Part shown: positions 12,333 to 23,799 of the stretch, in pieces
Position numbering within the stretch: the first letter of the stretch is position 1
Layout: each line of letters opens with the position of its first letter
Assembly: GCA_015680685.1 (NCBI GenBank)
Contig: MNCI01002523.1
Coordinates: 254,278-318,277 of the forward strand
Reading direction: 5' to 3'
DNA: 64,000 nt
DNA from: Gnetum montanum
Taxonomy: Eukaryota > Plantae > Gnetophyta
Position numbers and translations under genes: made by a program
Notes under the pieces: model-generated
The model's database searches: none
What the model was told of the DNA's origin: nothing
What the model saw: the letters and a program-made list of their open reading frames with translations, nothing else

Positions 12333-13348
12333 GTTCATGTCGCACCCTCAACATACACCACCACTAGATACACGTCGAACGAAGGGGCGTGATGCTGGCT
12401 CATGGGTGGGACATTGCAGCTCTAGGACATAGTTCTCAACATAAGGAGAATGTGGTCTTAAGCATGCGTGGTGCTGCCACCCTTGGTGTCATGCTAACCC
12501 TTCGAAGACGTCGTATGATTTCACATGGGCCCTTCGAACCTACCGTCGCCACAGCCCACCACCCTGACGGTAGTTCCTAGGCACATTCTCACTTCTGGGG
12601 TGCTGACAGTATTGTGGCCTAGCCATAATATTGTTTTTCTTCAGTATCCCACCAAGGTTTTAGCTCACGTAATGTTTAGCTATGTGGTAGCTGATCCCAT
12701 AGTTGGACTGAGCATGCATTCCTTTGCTAGGGATTTCAGTGCATCCGCACCCACAATAGCTCCCGGTGCCTTGGAGGCCAGCTCCCCCATGCCGACATTG
12801 CCAAGACTGCTACTGGCCTCGCTACTTTGGGCATCTCACACTAGCAATAGTGCCCAAGAGTAACAACAATGCCAGTAGCCAGCAAGACATTGTCCCTGCA
12901 AACACATCCTGCTACAGCAGCAAAGGCTACAGTGTCATGAAGTGAGTGCCTCGACTAACATGGCTATTTGAGAGCACAAAATCTAGCACGTGCATAACAT
13001 AGCTCACCATGTGGAAGGTTTCAGTAGGCAAGTCAGAACCCTTCATGGATGTAATGCAACTCACCCTACGAAGGGGACAGCTGCCTACAAGAGATTGAAG
13101 AACAATTCCAGCCAAAGATGAAAATGGAAATGAGCCCCTCAAAGCACTCTGACGAGGGACTCGTCTAAACATCATCTTTGCTCTCTGCCTTAACCTTCAC
13201 AAAACCAATGCAACACTCTCAAGCATGGCCAAGCGACATCTCAGCACTCACTAAGCGACAATCTTAGCATTTCTCCTGCTGAGGTGTTTCGTATTCTTTG
13301 CCGATGTCCATCAAGCCTGTTCTCCAAACATCAACAAAGAAGGGCCAA

Positions 13349-15073
13349 TGAAACGCCCTAAAAATGCAGGGTCATCCTTGATTCACCAAGTTCTTGCAGT
13401 CTGCACAACACTATGGCAGTTCATCGGGAGGAGAACTTTCTGAGTCCAGGTCAGCCAGTTCATCAAATTTTCTACTTTGAGCATGGACAGGTTCTATACC
13501 ATCCTACTTGCCCACCAAAGTAGCTTAAACAGTTGGCAACCTGATCAGAAAAAGTGTGCAGAATTGACAGCAGCATTCTAGATGTGCAAGAAGCAATTCA
13601 TCAAGTTTTCTAAGTCACGAAGCCTGCTACACTATGCTACACTATGTAGTGTAGCAAGCTCTAGAAGATGATGATGGAACGAAGTGCTACGCTANTGTAG
13701 CAAGCTCTAGAAGATGATGATGGAACGAAGTGCTACGCTATGCGACATCACCTAGCGTAGCATGGCAACGACTTCACTACCCACTCCCCTCACCCAATTT
13801 CGAGTTCTGAAGTGATGTCCCTTTCCGTCAGGAAGCGGCGGACCATGTCTGCTACTATGCTACGCTGAGCTACATAGCGCAGCAAGGCGTAGCAATCCTA
13901 CGGAAAAGACAGAAGGCAGTTCGAAAGGCAGAGTCAATGGAGTTCGCAAGACTTACATTGCAAGAGAAAATATTTGCAAGTTAGTAAAGCTTTCATGACT
14001 AAGGCAGGTTGCTATGCTACGCTACTCTATGTAGCGTAGCAAGCATGTGACATATTGCAAAACACACAATAAAATGCTACACTATGCCAAGCATGCTACA
14101 TCACAAGGCACAATAAGGCATGTAGGTGGTTGTGCGACATCAATGCACTCCACTTGATCAGACCATTGACACATGTCTCCAGACATTGACGACGTAATTA
14201 AGGCATAGTAGAATTGCAGTTATTGCATACAGGTTCACATCGCAATGGTCTTGTAGGTCCAACGGTCACAAACAATACAAGTGGTGCTAGAAAGACAACA
14301 AAGGCCCGAGGCATGTAACATTCAAACCACCCCTTTTGCATGTCCTTAGTCCTATAAATACCCCAGAAAACAACATGCAAAAGGTCTGCAATTTCAAAAA
14401 AGTTCAGATCTTTCTTGAAGAAAACAGCTTCCAAGTGGTGGGAACTTTGAAAGTCAGAAACAAAGATTTCCCCTCTCTCCAGCATTGTAATATGAAAGTC
14501 ATCTATCTAAGACTGTAAACAATGACTCTCTCTCAGTTGGCATGAGGTCCTCATCTCTATTCTACCACCTTGGTAGAACCCCGCATTGTTTGTACACAAG
14601 TCTACATCCAAGCACATAGCTCTTTTTGCTCGACATGCCTTGGTTACCCTCAGGATTGCTACACTCTGTCACGCTATGTAGCCGATTATATCCATCCTAA
14701 CTGAGTGAGTTTGTAGGTTTGGAGCAGTGCATGTTTCTAACCATACTTTACTTCATCTCTCATTTGTTGTCTCATTTTTTTTGCATTATTTTCTATCTTA
14801 TTCACCTTTAAGCATTACTTCGTATGACGGTTGCATTTTTTTAGTTCCTCTCCTGTTTCATTTAGTTTCAAGAATTACCTTGCATTTCACATTATTTATG
14901 TTGCAAAAGGCTATATTAACGCCGATGTAAGTCCTTGTCTGATCGACCAGACCGTTCAAGGCACCCCATGTCCACACACACCCAGCATGGCCCTCTCACA
15001 GATACAAGGTTGAAACTATCGTGCCTACTAACCCTCGGTGTTCTTCCAGCCATCGACGTTTTCAATCACTACA
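13349..15073 (+). repeat. 3' LTR of Tat element (~1.7 kb)
   Basis: Starts TGAAAC after purine tract CAACAAAGAAGGGCCAA (same junction as 21857 on minus); TATA-like CCTATAAATA at 14351; end ..CAGCCATCGACGTTTTCAATCACTACA aligns with LTR end at 19379. Confidence 0.8.
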
Positions 15074-17280
15074 AAGTGCACTTACCAAGGCATAAAGGGC
15101 CTACTTCAAGATTATGGCCTATCAACTAAAACCAATAGTAAGGCCAAGTAAGAATAATACCTTATTTTCTTGTGCATGTATTGTTATAAGTGAAAAATTC
15201 CTACTCAACCACCCTAGCTCATCCTTATAGAGATGGAAAAATGATTGAAAGAGAATGATCATGGGAGGAAAGGACTCCCCTTTCCTTGCCTCATAAGAAA
15301 AATTTGCAAAAGGGGAGGGATAACCTACTACACTAATGACATGCTTCATCATGCACTTTGCCACATCTTGATAGGAGATGATAAAAGATAAGATGCATGC
15401 CAAGTTACTTAAAGAGGAGTAGCCACCATCACCACCACCTACTTCAAAGGCTCATATCAAAATTGAGCACATGAAAAAGCTTTGTAACCAACTCCTATAG
15501 CAACAGTATGAAGGACCAATTGGTGCAGAGCCCACACTCTACCAGCCAACATTAAGTTAGCTCAACAAATTCACATGAAATATTAGTTGGCTATGAGAGA
15601 TTGAACCATTTTTTTTAGTACAAAGAATGTAGGTAGTCATGAGATTGAATCCAAGCACCCTAGAAGTGATGGTGTTTATCCTTGGATAACAACAATTCCT
15701 AAAGATCTCTAGGAATGCCACCAGTTTCTTAGTGCACTTGGAGGAGGGTGAGGGGATAACTATCTTCATGATGTAGCATCATGGATAAGAAATAGGGGAA
15801 AAGGTGATGGTTGATTGAGCTAAAAAGATCTTAAACACTCTTGCGACCACTATGACAAACATTATTACACTCAAAGACATGCAGGAATTTGCAAGAGTGG
15901 GAAGTGAAAGGTTAAGTGTAGCCCAACTTGAGGAGGTATTGAACTAATTGGTGGGTATTGGACAACTACTTCTAGAGATCTTTGATCTCCCAGAAAACAT
16001 CACTGCTACCCGTTTGAAGTTTTTGGAGACCAAGGGAAAGCTTATCATTGCAAACACCTAACCTGAGATAGCCACAACCAAAAATTAATGATTGGTTACT
16101 AAACTTGTAGAATTGAGAGCCTGCTTGGCCAATCATGCTATTCTCAACCAAGCAGTTACATGAGATGAAGTTTTCTTGTAGCTTTAGAACAAACTAAATG
16201 ATGTTGAGAGTGCAAAGGAGATGGTGGTCTTTGACGCATCTTTATCAAAGTCTCTAGCCTTCAACATTGATAAGGGCTTATTACAAGTATGCAAGGATAA
16301 CTTAACTCTGACTAAGGACATTCACCACCTATACAATGTCAAAGCACAAAAGAACCAGATGATTGAATTTATACAACAATAGTAGGAGCAACTTTCCAAG
16401 ATAAACATGGACATGAGGAGGTTGGTAGCCAAAAATCATAATCTCTACATGAAAGAAGTCTATGTCCTTCACCAAAAAATGGCCATTGATGTTCCCACCT
16501 AGAAGAATGAGGCCCCAAAATTTGAACATGTAAAGAATCATTATAGAGACTAGGTTAGGTTCCTCAAGGAGGTGAACAAACAAGATATTCAATTGACCAA
16601 GGTGAAAATTAATGAGGCCCTCCAATCAAGAGGTGATGTGTGGCAACAAATTTTTGATAGATTGAATGGCTATAACAAAGTAGATATCCACTTGAAGAAG
16701 TTTTAGATTAAAGAGATGATGAAATACATGGAGTTATCCAACCTTCATTATGCAAACTTGGCAATGTTAATAGCTAGAATGTCATGGTTAGAGTTGGAGA
16801 AATAATTGGCCAACGTGCACCTCCTTTATAAGGATGATTTTAAGCATCACAAGGGCACAAATTAGAAGTTGTTAATAGCAAATGTAAAGCTTGAATCTTA
16901 TGAGTTGATTCATAGACTATAGATTGGTTGTTGAGACCACCAGAAATTGCAAAACCTTGTCAAGATTTTTGAAGTGCAATGTAAATGATTTATAGCTTGG
17001 TTTTCCAATGTTAAAGAACTATTTTTGGTAATGCACTATTTGTGGAACATCCTTGTACTAGTGCACATTATTAACATTGAGTAGACTTTGTATGACCCAT
17101 GGAGTAAGGAGGAGCATATGAAGGCATTGCTGGATGCCTTTCACCTTCCACTAGAAGTAACAACTATAGTAGGTTATCTGCAACCATTGCCTTAGCCTTA
17201 ACTACCACCACCATGTGCCTTGGAGGTTGGAGAATATCCTTCAGCATCTGAGGAGCCTCCACCTCCTAGCACTTTTTAAT
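15074..17280 (+). pseudogene. Decayed coiled-coil ORF, probably the 3' additional ORF of an Athila-like element interrupted by the Tat element
   Basis: E/K/L-rich degenerate frame followed by TTGAGGATGAGTTT..PPT-like tract and LTR start, same layout as 46.1-49.2 kb. Confidence 0.5.
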
Positions 17281-17513
17281 CTTCTCTTCATCTTTGGCTA
17301 TCAAAGGATTCTAACTTTCCAATTTTATAAGGGTGTTTAATTTTGTTTTTCTAAACATCTATTTTTGTAATTATTGTAATTCTATACAATTGGGAACTTA
17401 GAGTCAGTTAGTCAAGTTAGTCAATCTATGATTTCATACCTTCCCAATTTTGTAAAAAGATAGATCCTACTTTTGTTCACTTGAGGATGAGTTTTTAGTC
17501 AATTGCGTGGATA

Positions 17514-18036
17514 TGATAAATCATGTCATGGGTTGTGTTGATGGGGATGCATTGATGCATGGGTTGATGCATCAACACATATGCCTCAACATAGTATTTG
17601 TATTTTCCCATTGACACATCCCCATCAACACATGGACTAATGCATCAACACATATGCATTGATGAAGTGTCTATCTTTGCTTGTCCATGAATCCCCATCA
17701 ATGCATGGGTTGATGCATCAATGCAGTGTCTATCTCTATTATATAAATGTGTGTACCCATAGCCTTTAGGGCATCATTGACTTAATAGAGTAGCTAGGTT
17801 CTTGTAGTTTATTTTTGTAGAAGTTAGAATATTTTCTAAGTATCCTTAGTAAGACTTCAAGGATTGTATAGATCCTTATTCAAGCATCAATATACCTGAA
17901 CACTTTGATGTGCCAAAAATAAAGATGAGATTCATGAAAATCCTTGCAGCACTTAAGAATAGATTAATGTTTACTTTCATGCATTTTATTATTCATGCAC
18001 TTTACATTTGTGTCTTTAGTTAATTAATTCACATAG
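17514..18036 (+). repeat. Truncated Athila-like LTR (5' part)
   Basis: Starts TGATAAATCATG after PPT-like tract; TTGATGCATCAA palindromic repeats; TATA at ~17740; 17790-18010 resembles 18290-18500. Confidence 0.65.
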
Positions 18037-18955
18037 TGATGAATCATGTTTTCATTGGCTTTGACATTGGGCATCTGATATTGTGGCTTCTATATCAGAT
18101 ACCTGATGTCAAAGCCCAAGATGCAATGTCAAATATATTCGATAATGAAGCCTCGATATCAAATACCCAATGTTAGAGTCCAAGATGCGATGTTGAATAT
18201 CTGATATCATGGGATATATGCCAACCTATAAATATAGTGATTGGGCTTACAATTTTCATATTATTTTTTGTCATAGATAGCAAAGCTCTTATAGTTTGTT
18301 TTCTCCAGAGTTAGAATATTTTCTAAGTGCTTGTAGTAGGAGTTTGAATGTGTACAGATCTTTGTTCAAATACTAATGTACCTAAGCACAATAATGTGAC
18401 AGGAATACAAACAAATCCTTTTGATCATCCTTGTAGCATTGAGAATAGGTTAATGTTTCCTTGATGTATTTAATATTCATGCACTTTATTTTTATGCACT
18501 TCACTTTAATTAAGCAATTAATTTCTAGTTGTTAATGAATACAAACACGACCACCTTGACCATACATGTAGCACTTGGTAACCCAGAAACGCTTAATGTT
18601 TGGTAGCCCAGTAGCACTATATGTGTTCAGGATGTGTTTGGAAAGTGGGAATAGGTACTTGTGTTAGGATAACTAGGTAGTAGAATAATTAGATATTAAA
18701 TTTCTTTACCTTCTATTCTTATTGTAGGTGATTAAGCTTATAAAATACAAAATGATAAAAATCATATGCCTTAGTTGTACTTAACCATATACTTGTATCT
18801 CACAAGTAAAATTAAGAAGACAATGATTATTCCAATTAGATTTCACATCTTACAAACACTGTACTTAGAACTTACGGTCTACGGAATTCAACCAGATTAT
18901 GCATGAACACTTGTGATTTATATGGTTGGATGTAGGGGTACCTCGCTACTCATCA
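18037..18955 (+). repeat. Athila-like 5' LTR followed by decayed PBS (18956-18975)
   Basis: TGATGAATCATG...CTCATCA then TTGGGGCCATTGCTGGGGAT, resembling the Athila tRNA-Asp PBS TGGCGCCGTTGCCGGGGA. Confidence 0.75.
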
Positions 18956-19957
18956 TTGGGGCCATTGCTGGGGATCATTTGGCTGTTATGTGAACTATCT
19001 AGGACTACTGAAAAATTATTCAAATCATTGAAATGAACCTTAGAATCATATCACATTTTAAGATTACTACAACAATTTTAAGAAGCACACTACATTTTTA
19101 CTTCTCTAACATAAAATGTCTTCTTCTCATAGGAGTGATTCACTATCCAAGTCTAACGGAGTACATTAGTTGGTGCCTCAATAATACCAAGTGGTATATA
19201 CTCATCTTGATGAGTATGTAGCAAATTTCACCTTCATCCTACTCTAGGATGAATAGTGTTAGTGGTGCAACATAGAGGGCAACATTGTGTTGCTACTTAA
19301 TCAATTCATTCCTACAATGCTCTAACAAATGATTATACGATGGGGTCTCAAGGAACTTCATGCTAAGTATGTGGTATATGTAACAACTGAAAAATTCAGT
19401 GGCTAGAATCATAGAGGGATCAATGGATGCTCAACCTTAACCCCACCTTTGTACAAGGGCCTTGTTGGAAACATAGGTGAACTATCCTAAATCATCTTGT
19501 TGATCGAATAGATACTTTGCCAGTTATAACTAGGGTGGTGGGTGCAATTGAGAGGTGGCATGATTAGCTGAGATGCAAGTGCAAACAATGCAAAACATTG
19601 CTAAGTGTCAAAGTGGTGCTAAGTGTAGAGCATAGCCACAGAATGGAGGCAAGGGAAGCCAAGGGTTTCAACCAAAATAAGGGTGTTAACTAGTGGAGAC
19701 TACCACCTCAGCATAGTACAATGTGATGATCTATGAAAAAGTGTAAAAAGATGTAAGACAAATGTAATAAAATCCTAGAAATAGGAGAGAGAATTAGAAC
19801 ACTACCCCAATTGGGAGTGTAGTTAACTCCAAAAGGGTCTTAGAAGCTACATAGTTTATAATAGGTGCAGTGGGAGCATAATTACAGTCTCAGTGGTGTT
19901 GGGCTATGATGTATGGTGCTTTCTATGATGAATTGTGCCTAATAGCTTTGCCATCAC

Positions 19958-20455
19958 AGTGCACCATGCAGTGTTCTATAGGGTTGCAATAGGATCGCAA
20001 TGTACTATGCGATGTAGGGCTACAATAGGGCTACAGTGTACTATGCGATGCAGGGCTACAAGGGGGCTGTAGTGTATTGTGCGATGAAGGGATGCAATGG
20101 TACCATGGTGTACCATGCAATGCAGGGCTACAACAGAGCTTAGTGTACTGTGTGGTGCAAGGATGTAACAGGGTCGTGATGTATCATGCAATGTAGGGCT
20201 GTAACAGGGCCACGATGTATCATGTGATGCAGGGCTACAATGGGGCTATGGTGTATCATGTGGGGCAACGATGTAACAAGGCCACGGTGTACCATGCAGT
20301 GTAGGGCTATAGTAGGATCACAATGTACCATGCGATGCAAGGATGCAATGGGGCTGTGGTGTATTGTGTGGTGCAGGGATGTAATGGTGCCATGGTATAC
20401 CATGCAATGCAGTAATGTAATAGGGTTGTAGTATACTGTGCAGTGCAAGGATGCC
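19958..20455. repeat. 36-bp tandem array in 3' LTR (~13-14 units)
   Basis: Unit like GTGTACCATGCGATGCAGGGCTACAATAGGGCCACA; 12-aa periodicity in the ORF track. Confidence 0.9.
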
Positions 20456-20974
20456 TCTCTACCAATGTGATGTGCTCTCAATCTCATTTGCCCATCGAGC
20501 TAAGTGCCAAGATGCCAAAATGCCAAATGAAAGTGCCAACTACCAAATCAATGAAAGTGGAAGTCAACCCCTAAAACATTGGGGCACAGGGGCATTTATA
20601 GGGCTAAGGTTAACTCAAAATGTGGATTGGATGCAATGTGGTAGTGTAGTAAGTGGGACTATGAGAAATATTTAGAAAATTTTCTAAGTCCAAAGGTGAC
20701 CAGAAAAAGTTCAATTTTTTTTTTAACTCTGGCTACTACCCTAAACCCTACATTATGCATGAATAGTGGATGCTACTTGGGAATAGGATGTGGCATGGAC
20801 ACTTAGAAGAATCTAGTAAAAATTACAATCTTTCTTCTTACTATGCTAGCTATGCTATAGAGCATAGCATGAGGGGTAGCCTTAAGAGTTAGAAAATCTA
20901 CCAAATGCCTCTTCCATGCTGAGCTAGCTTGATAGCTTCTAGCTTGTCATTTAGGAAAAATTGGCCACTAAGGT

Positions 20975-21780
20975 GTTGTCTATGCTGGTTATGCTCTAGA
21001 GTGTAGTAAGGGAAATGGGAGCATAACACAACACTTAGAGAAAATTCTACAACTTGCTACACTTGCCTTGTGTTATGTGCAAGACACGTAACTTAGTAGT
21101 TAGAAAACCTTTTGCAAAACTGGTGTGCCATAGTAACTATGCTACCTATGCTCTAGAGCATAGCAGGGACAATGGGAGTGTAGCACAACACTTAGAAAAA
21201 ATTTTGCAACTTGCTACACTTGCCCTGTGTTATGTGCATGACATGTAACTTAGTAGTTAGAAAAAAGTTTGCAAAACTGGTGTCGCATGCTAACTATGCT
21301 ACCTATGCTCTAGAGCATAGCAGAGACAATGGGAGCATAGTAAAACACTTAGTAAAATATTTGCAACTTGCAACACTCACCTCGTGTTATACGTAGGACA
21401 TGTAACTTGGTAGTTAGAAAACATTTTGCAAAACTAGTGTCTCATGCTAGCTAAACTCTAGAGCATAGTAGGGGCAATGGGAGTGTAGCACAACACTGAC
21501 AAAATTTTTTGTAGCTTTCTAAACTTGCCACATGTTACACATGGGATGCTTAACTTAGCACATTGAAGAAATTTTGCAAAACTAGTGTCCCATGCTAGCT
21601 ATGCTAGCTATGCTCTAGAGAATAGAAAGGGCAATGGGAGTGTAGCACAACACTTAGAAAACTTTTTACAGCTTGCTACACTCACCTTGTGTTATGCACG
21701 AGATGCATAACTTAGCACTTAGAAAATTTTTTGCAAAACTAGTAGTTGGAGCTAACTACACTCAACACTTAGAAAAATTT
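20975..21780. repeat. ~150-157 bp tandem array in 3' LTR (about 5 units plus partial)
   Basis: Homologous ORF starts at 21054 and 21211 are 157 bp apart; each unit has CTATGCTCTAGAGCATAG. Confidence 0.9.
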
Positions 21781-23799
21781 GGGCAAAGTTCCACCATTTT
21801 AACACTTAGCCAAATTTGTAGTCGAGATGTTGAGACCCAAAATTTTGTGGTGTTTCAATGGCCCCTCTTTGTTGACATCTAGAGGAGTGGTCAGAGATAT
21901 GTTGACAAAGAATTGCAAAAAACCACAGCAAACATGGAACCAACATCACTCATTGGTACTAGATCAAGTGTTATTCCACCATGTTCAAGAGTGCTATGGA
22001 TAAGGATATATTGGGGTAAAGTGTCTAGGCAATGTGCTAGGGAGATGAAATGTAAGGAGAGAAAATAGAATGCAAATAGTGTATCCTGATTCAAGATGTG
22101 AAGTCAACATGGCTGACGGTGACCATGGCATGAAATGGCTTGTCCTTGAAATGTTGACCTCTCGTTGGAGTGCTCATGGAAGAGTCAAAGTTGATCCAAG
22201 GCTAGGCTGGTTGCAAAGTTGTAGCATTGTCAATTTTCTTGGGGATGTGCTTTTTCTTGTTCTTTTTTTTGTTTTTTCATTTTTTCTTTCTTTTTCTTTT
22301 CTTTTTTCTTCTTTGCTTTACTACAATGTGAACACTCATTGGGTTTGGCTTACTACTAATTACTAGCTACAAGGTGTGGACTATCAAGTAGATGGGCTTT
22401 TTTTGATACAATCACATCATGTCTATAGGATAGGTGTTTCCTTCCCAGGATGATTTTTGTTACATCTGCTTGGGTCTTGACCAGTCAATAGAGGCTCCTC
22501 ACAAGATGAGTTACATTACATTCACCATGGGTTCTATGGTTGATGTGAGGAGAATTCCATATGCATCATAGTATGTATGCATCAGAGGAATGTGCAATCA
22601 TGAGTATGTAGGGGATGAGAGGCTATTGGGATGAAGGAGTGGATGTGTGTAGGTTGTAACAAGATGAGGGGGATGTGCATTATTGAGTGGCTTAACTAGT
22701 TCAATCATGCACATCAGAGCGATGTGGCAAGTTGCTACTATGATAAGATGCATCTCTGCATGACCACCTCTAAGGCTTCCTCCTACAAACACAATTCCAA
22801 GAAGATAAGAAAACCACACAACATGAAATGCAAATCAAATGCTATATGTACAGATGCTACAGTGCTGAATGCAAAGATGTTGCAAATGCATCAAATGCTA
22901 TGCTAGTTGGAAATGCTCAGGAAGCTAGTGAAAGTGTTAGGCTGATGATGCTACAAGTGCTCCAAAGGCTACACTAATGGTAGGTGCTCTAAAATATTCG
23001 CAAAATGGTGGAAGGTGATGATGCTGCGAGTGTGAAAACCCAGTTTAAGGTCTTGGCAGGCTATGGAGTGCTAGTTTATAATCCTAGTAGACTACTATGT
23101 GCTAGTTTAATGTCATAGTAGATGAGCTATTATGCTAGTTTAATGTCATAGCCCAAGGACATTCTATGCTAGTTTATAGTCATAGTGGACTTCTATGCTA
23201 ATTTATAGTCATAGCAAATTGTCTATGCTAGTTTTTTGCATCATAGTATATGAGTGCTTACCTTGCTTATGTAAGGTGTGATGCTACATGCGTAGTCACA
23301 CTATGTGCTTACAAGATCTTGCAAAAATTAACTAGAAAAATAACATCAAGCAACAACTATGTAACAAAGTTAAAATGCACAAATGAAAGGAAGGTAATGT
23401 GAGAAGCAATAGTTTTGGGCCATTTCAAGCTACAATAGTAGTTTAAAGCCATTTTGGGGCATGTGTGCTAGTTTAAGGCCATTTCAAGCCATCACTAGTT
23501 TAGGGCCTTTTTGGGCCACATGGTTTTGTAATTTTATGATTTTTTTTATTTTTATGTATTTTTGATCTTTTTCAAATGCAATGCGTAAGCTAAGTGGATG
23601 GATGCATAAAAAAAGTAGAAATGTGTAAACAAAGTGAAGCAGTGTGTAAACTAGGCAAATAGGTAAAATGTAAATGCATGAACAAATGCAATGCAAGAAA
23701 AAAACAAAAAATGCATGGCCCATGGAGGCAAGGGGTAAGTAGGCACTTAGCACATTTCTGGCCAAGGAAAAGTCTTGGTCATGTAGTTGCTTCCTAACT

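Larger units (their letters stand above)
1..15073 (+). mobile_element. Decayed Ty3/gypsy LTR retrotransposon, Tat group (aRH-containing); 5' end lies outside the window
   Basis: Domain order gag-PR-(5 kb spacer)-RT-RH-aRH-INT, PPT at ~13335-13348, LTR TG..CA 13349-15073; many TAG/TGA stops. Confidence 0.92.

Noticed and set aside
13650-13740. Exact ~45-bp direct duplication
   Set aside because: The copies flank an N at 13695, typical of a contig-overlap artefact
17514-18955. Single LTR with both an upstream PPT and a downstream PBS (tandem three-LTR element)
   Set aside because: It resolves into two LTR starts (17514 and 18037), i.e. one LTR inserted in or abutting another
19976-20487. His/Cys-rich ORFs resembling metal-binding proteins (also 28527-28823)
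   Set aside because: They are translations of the 36-bp LTR tandem repeat, open on both strands
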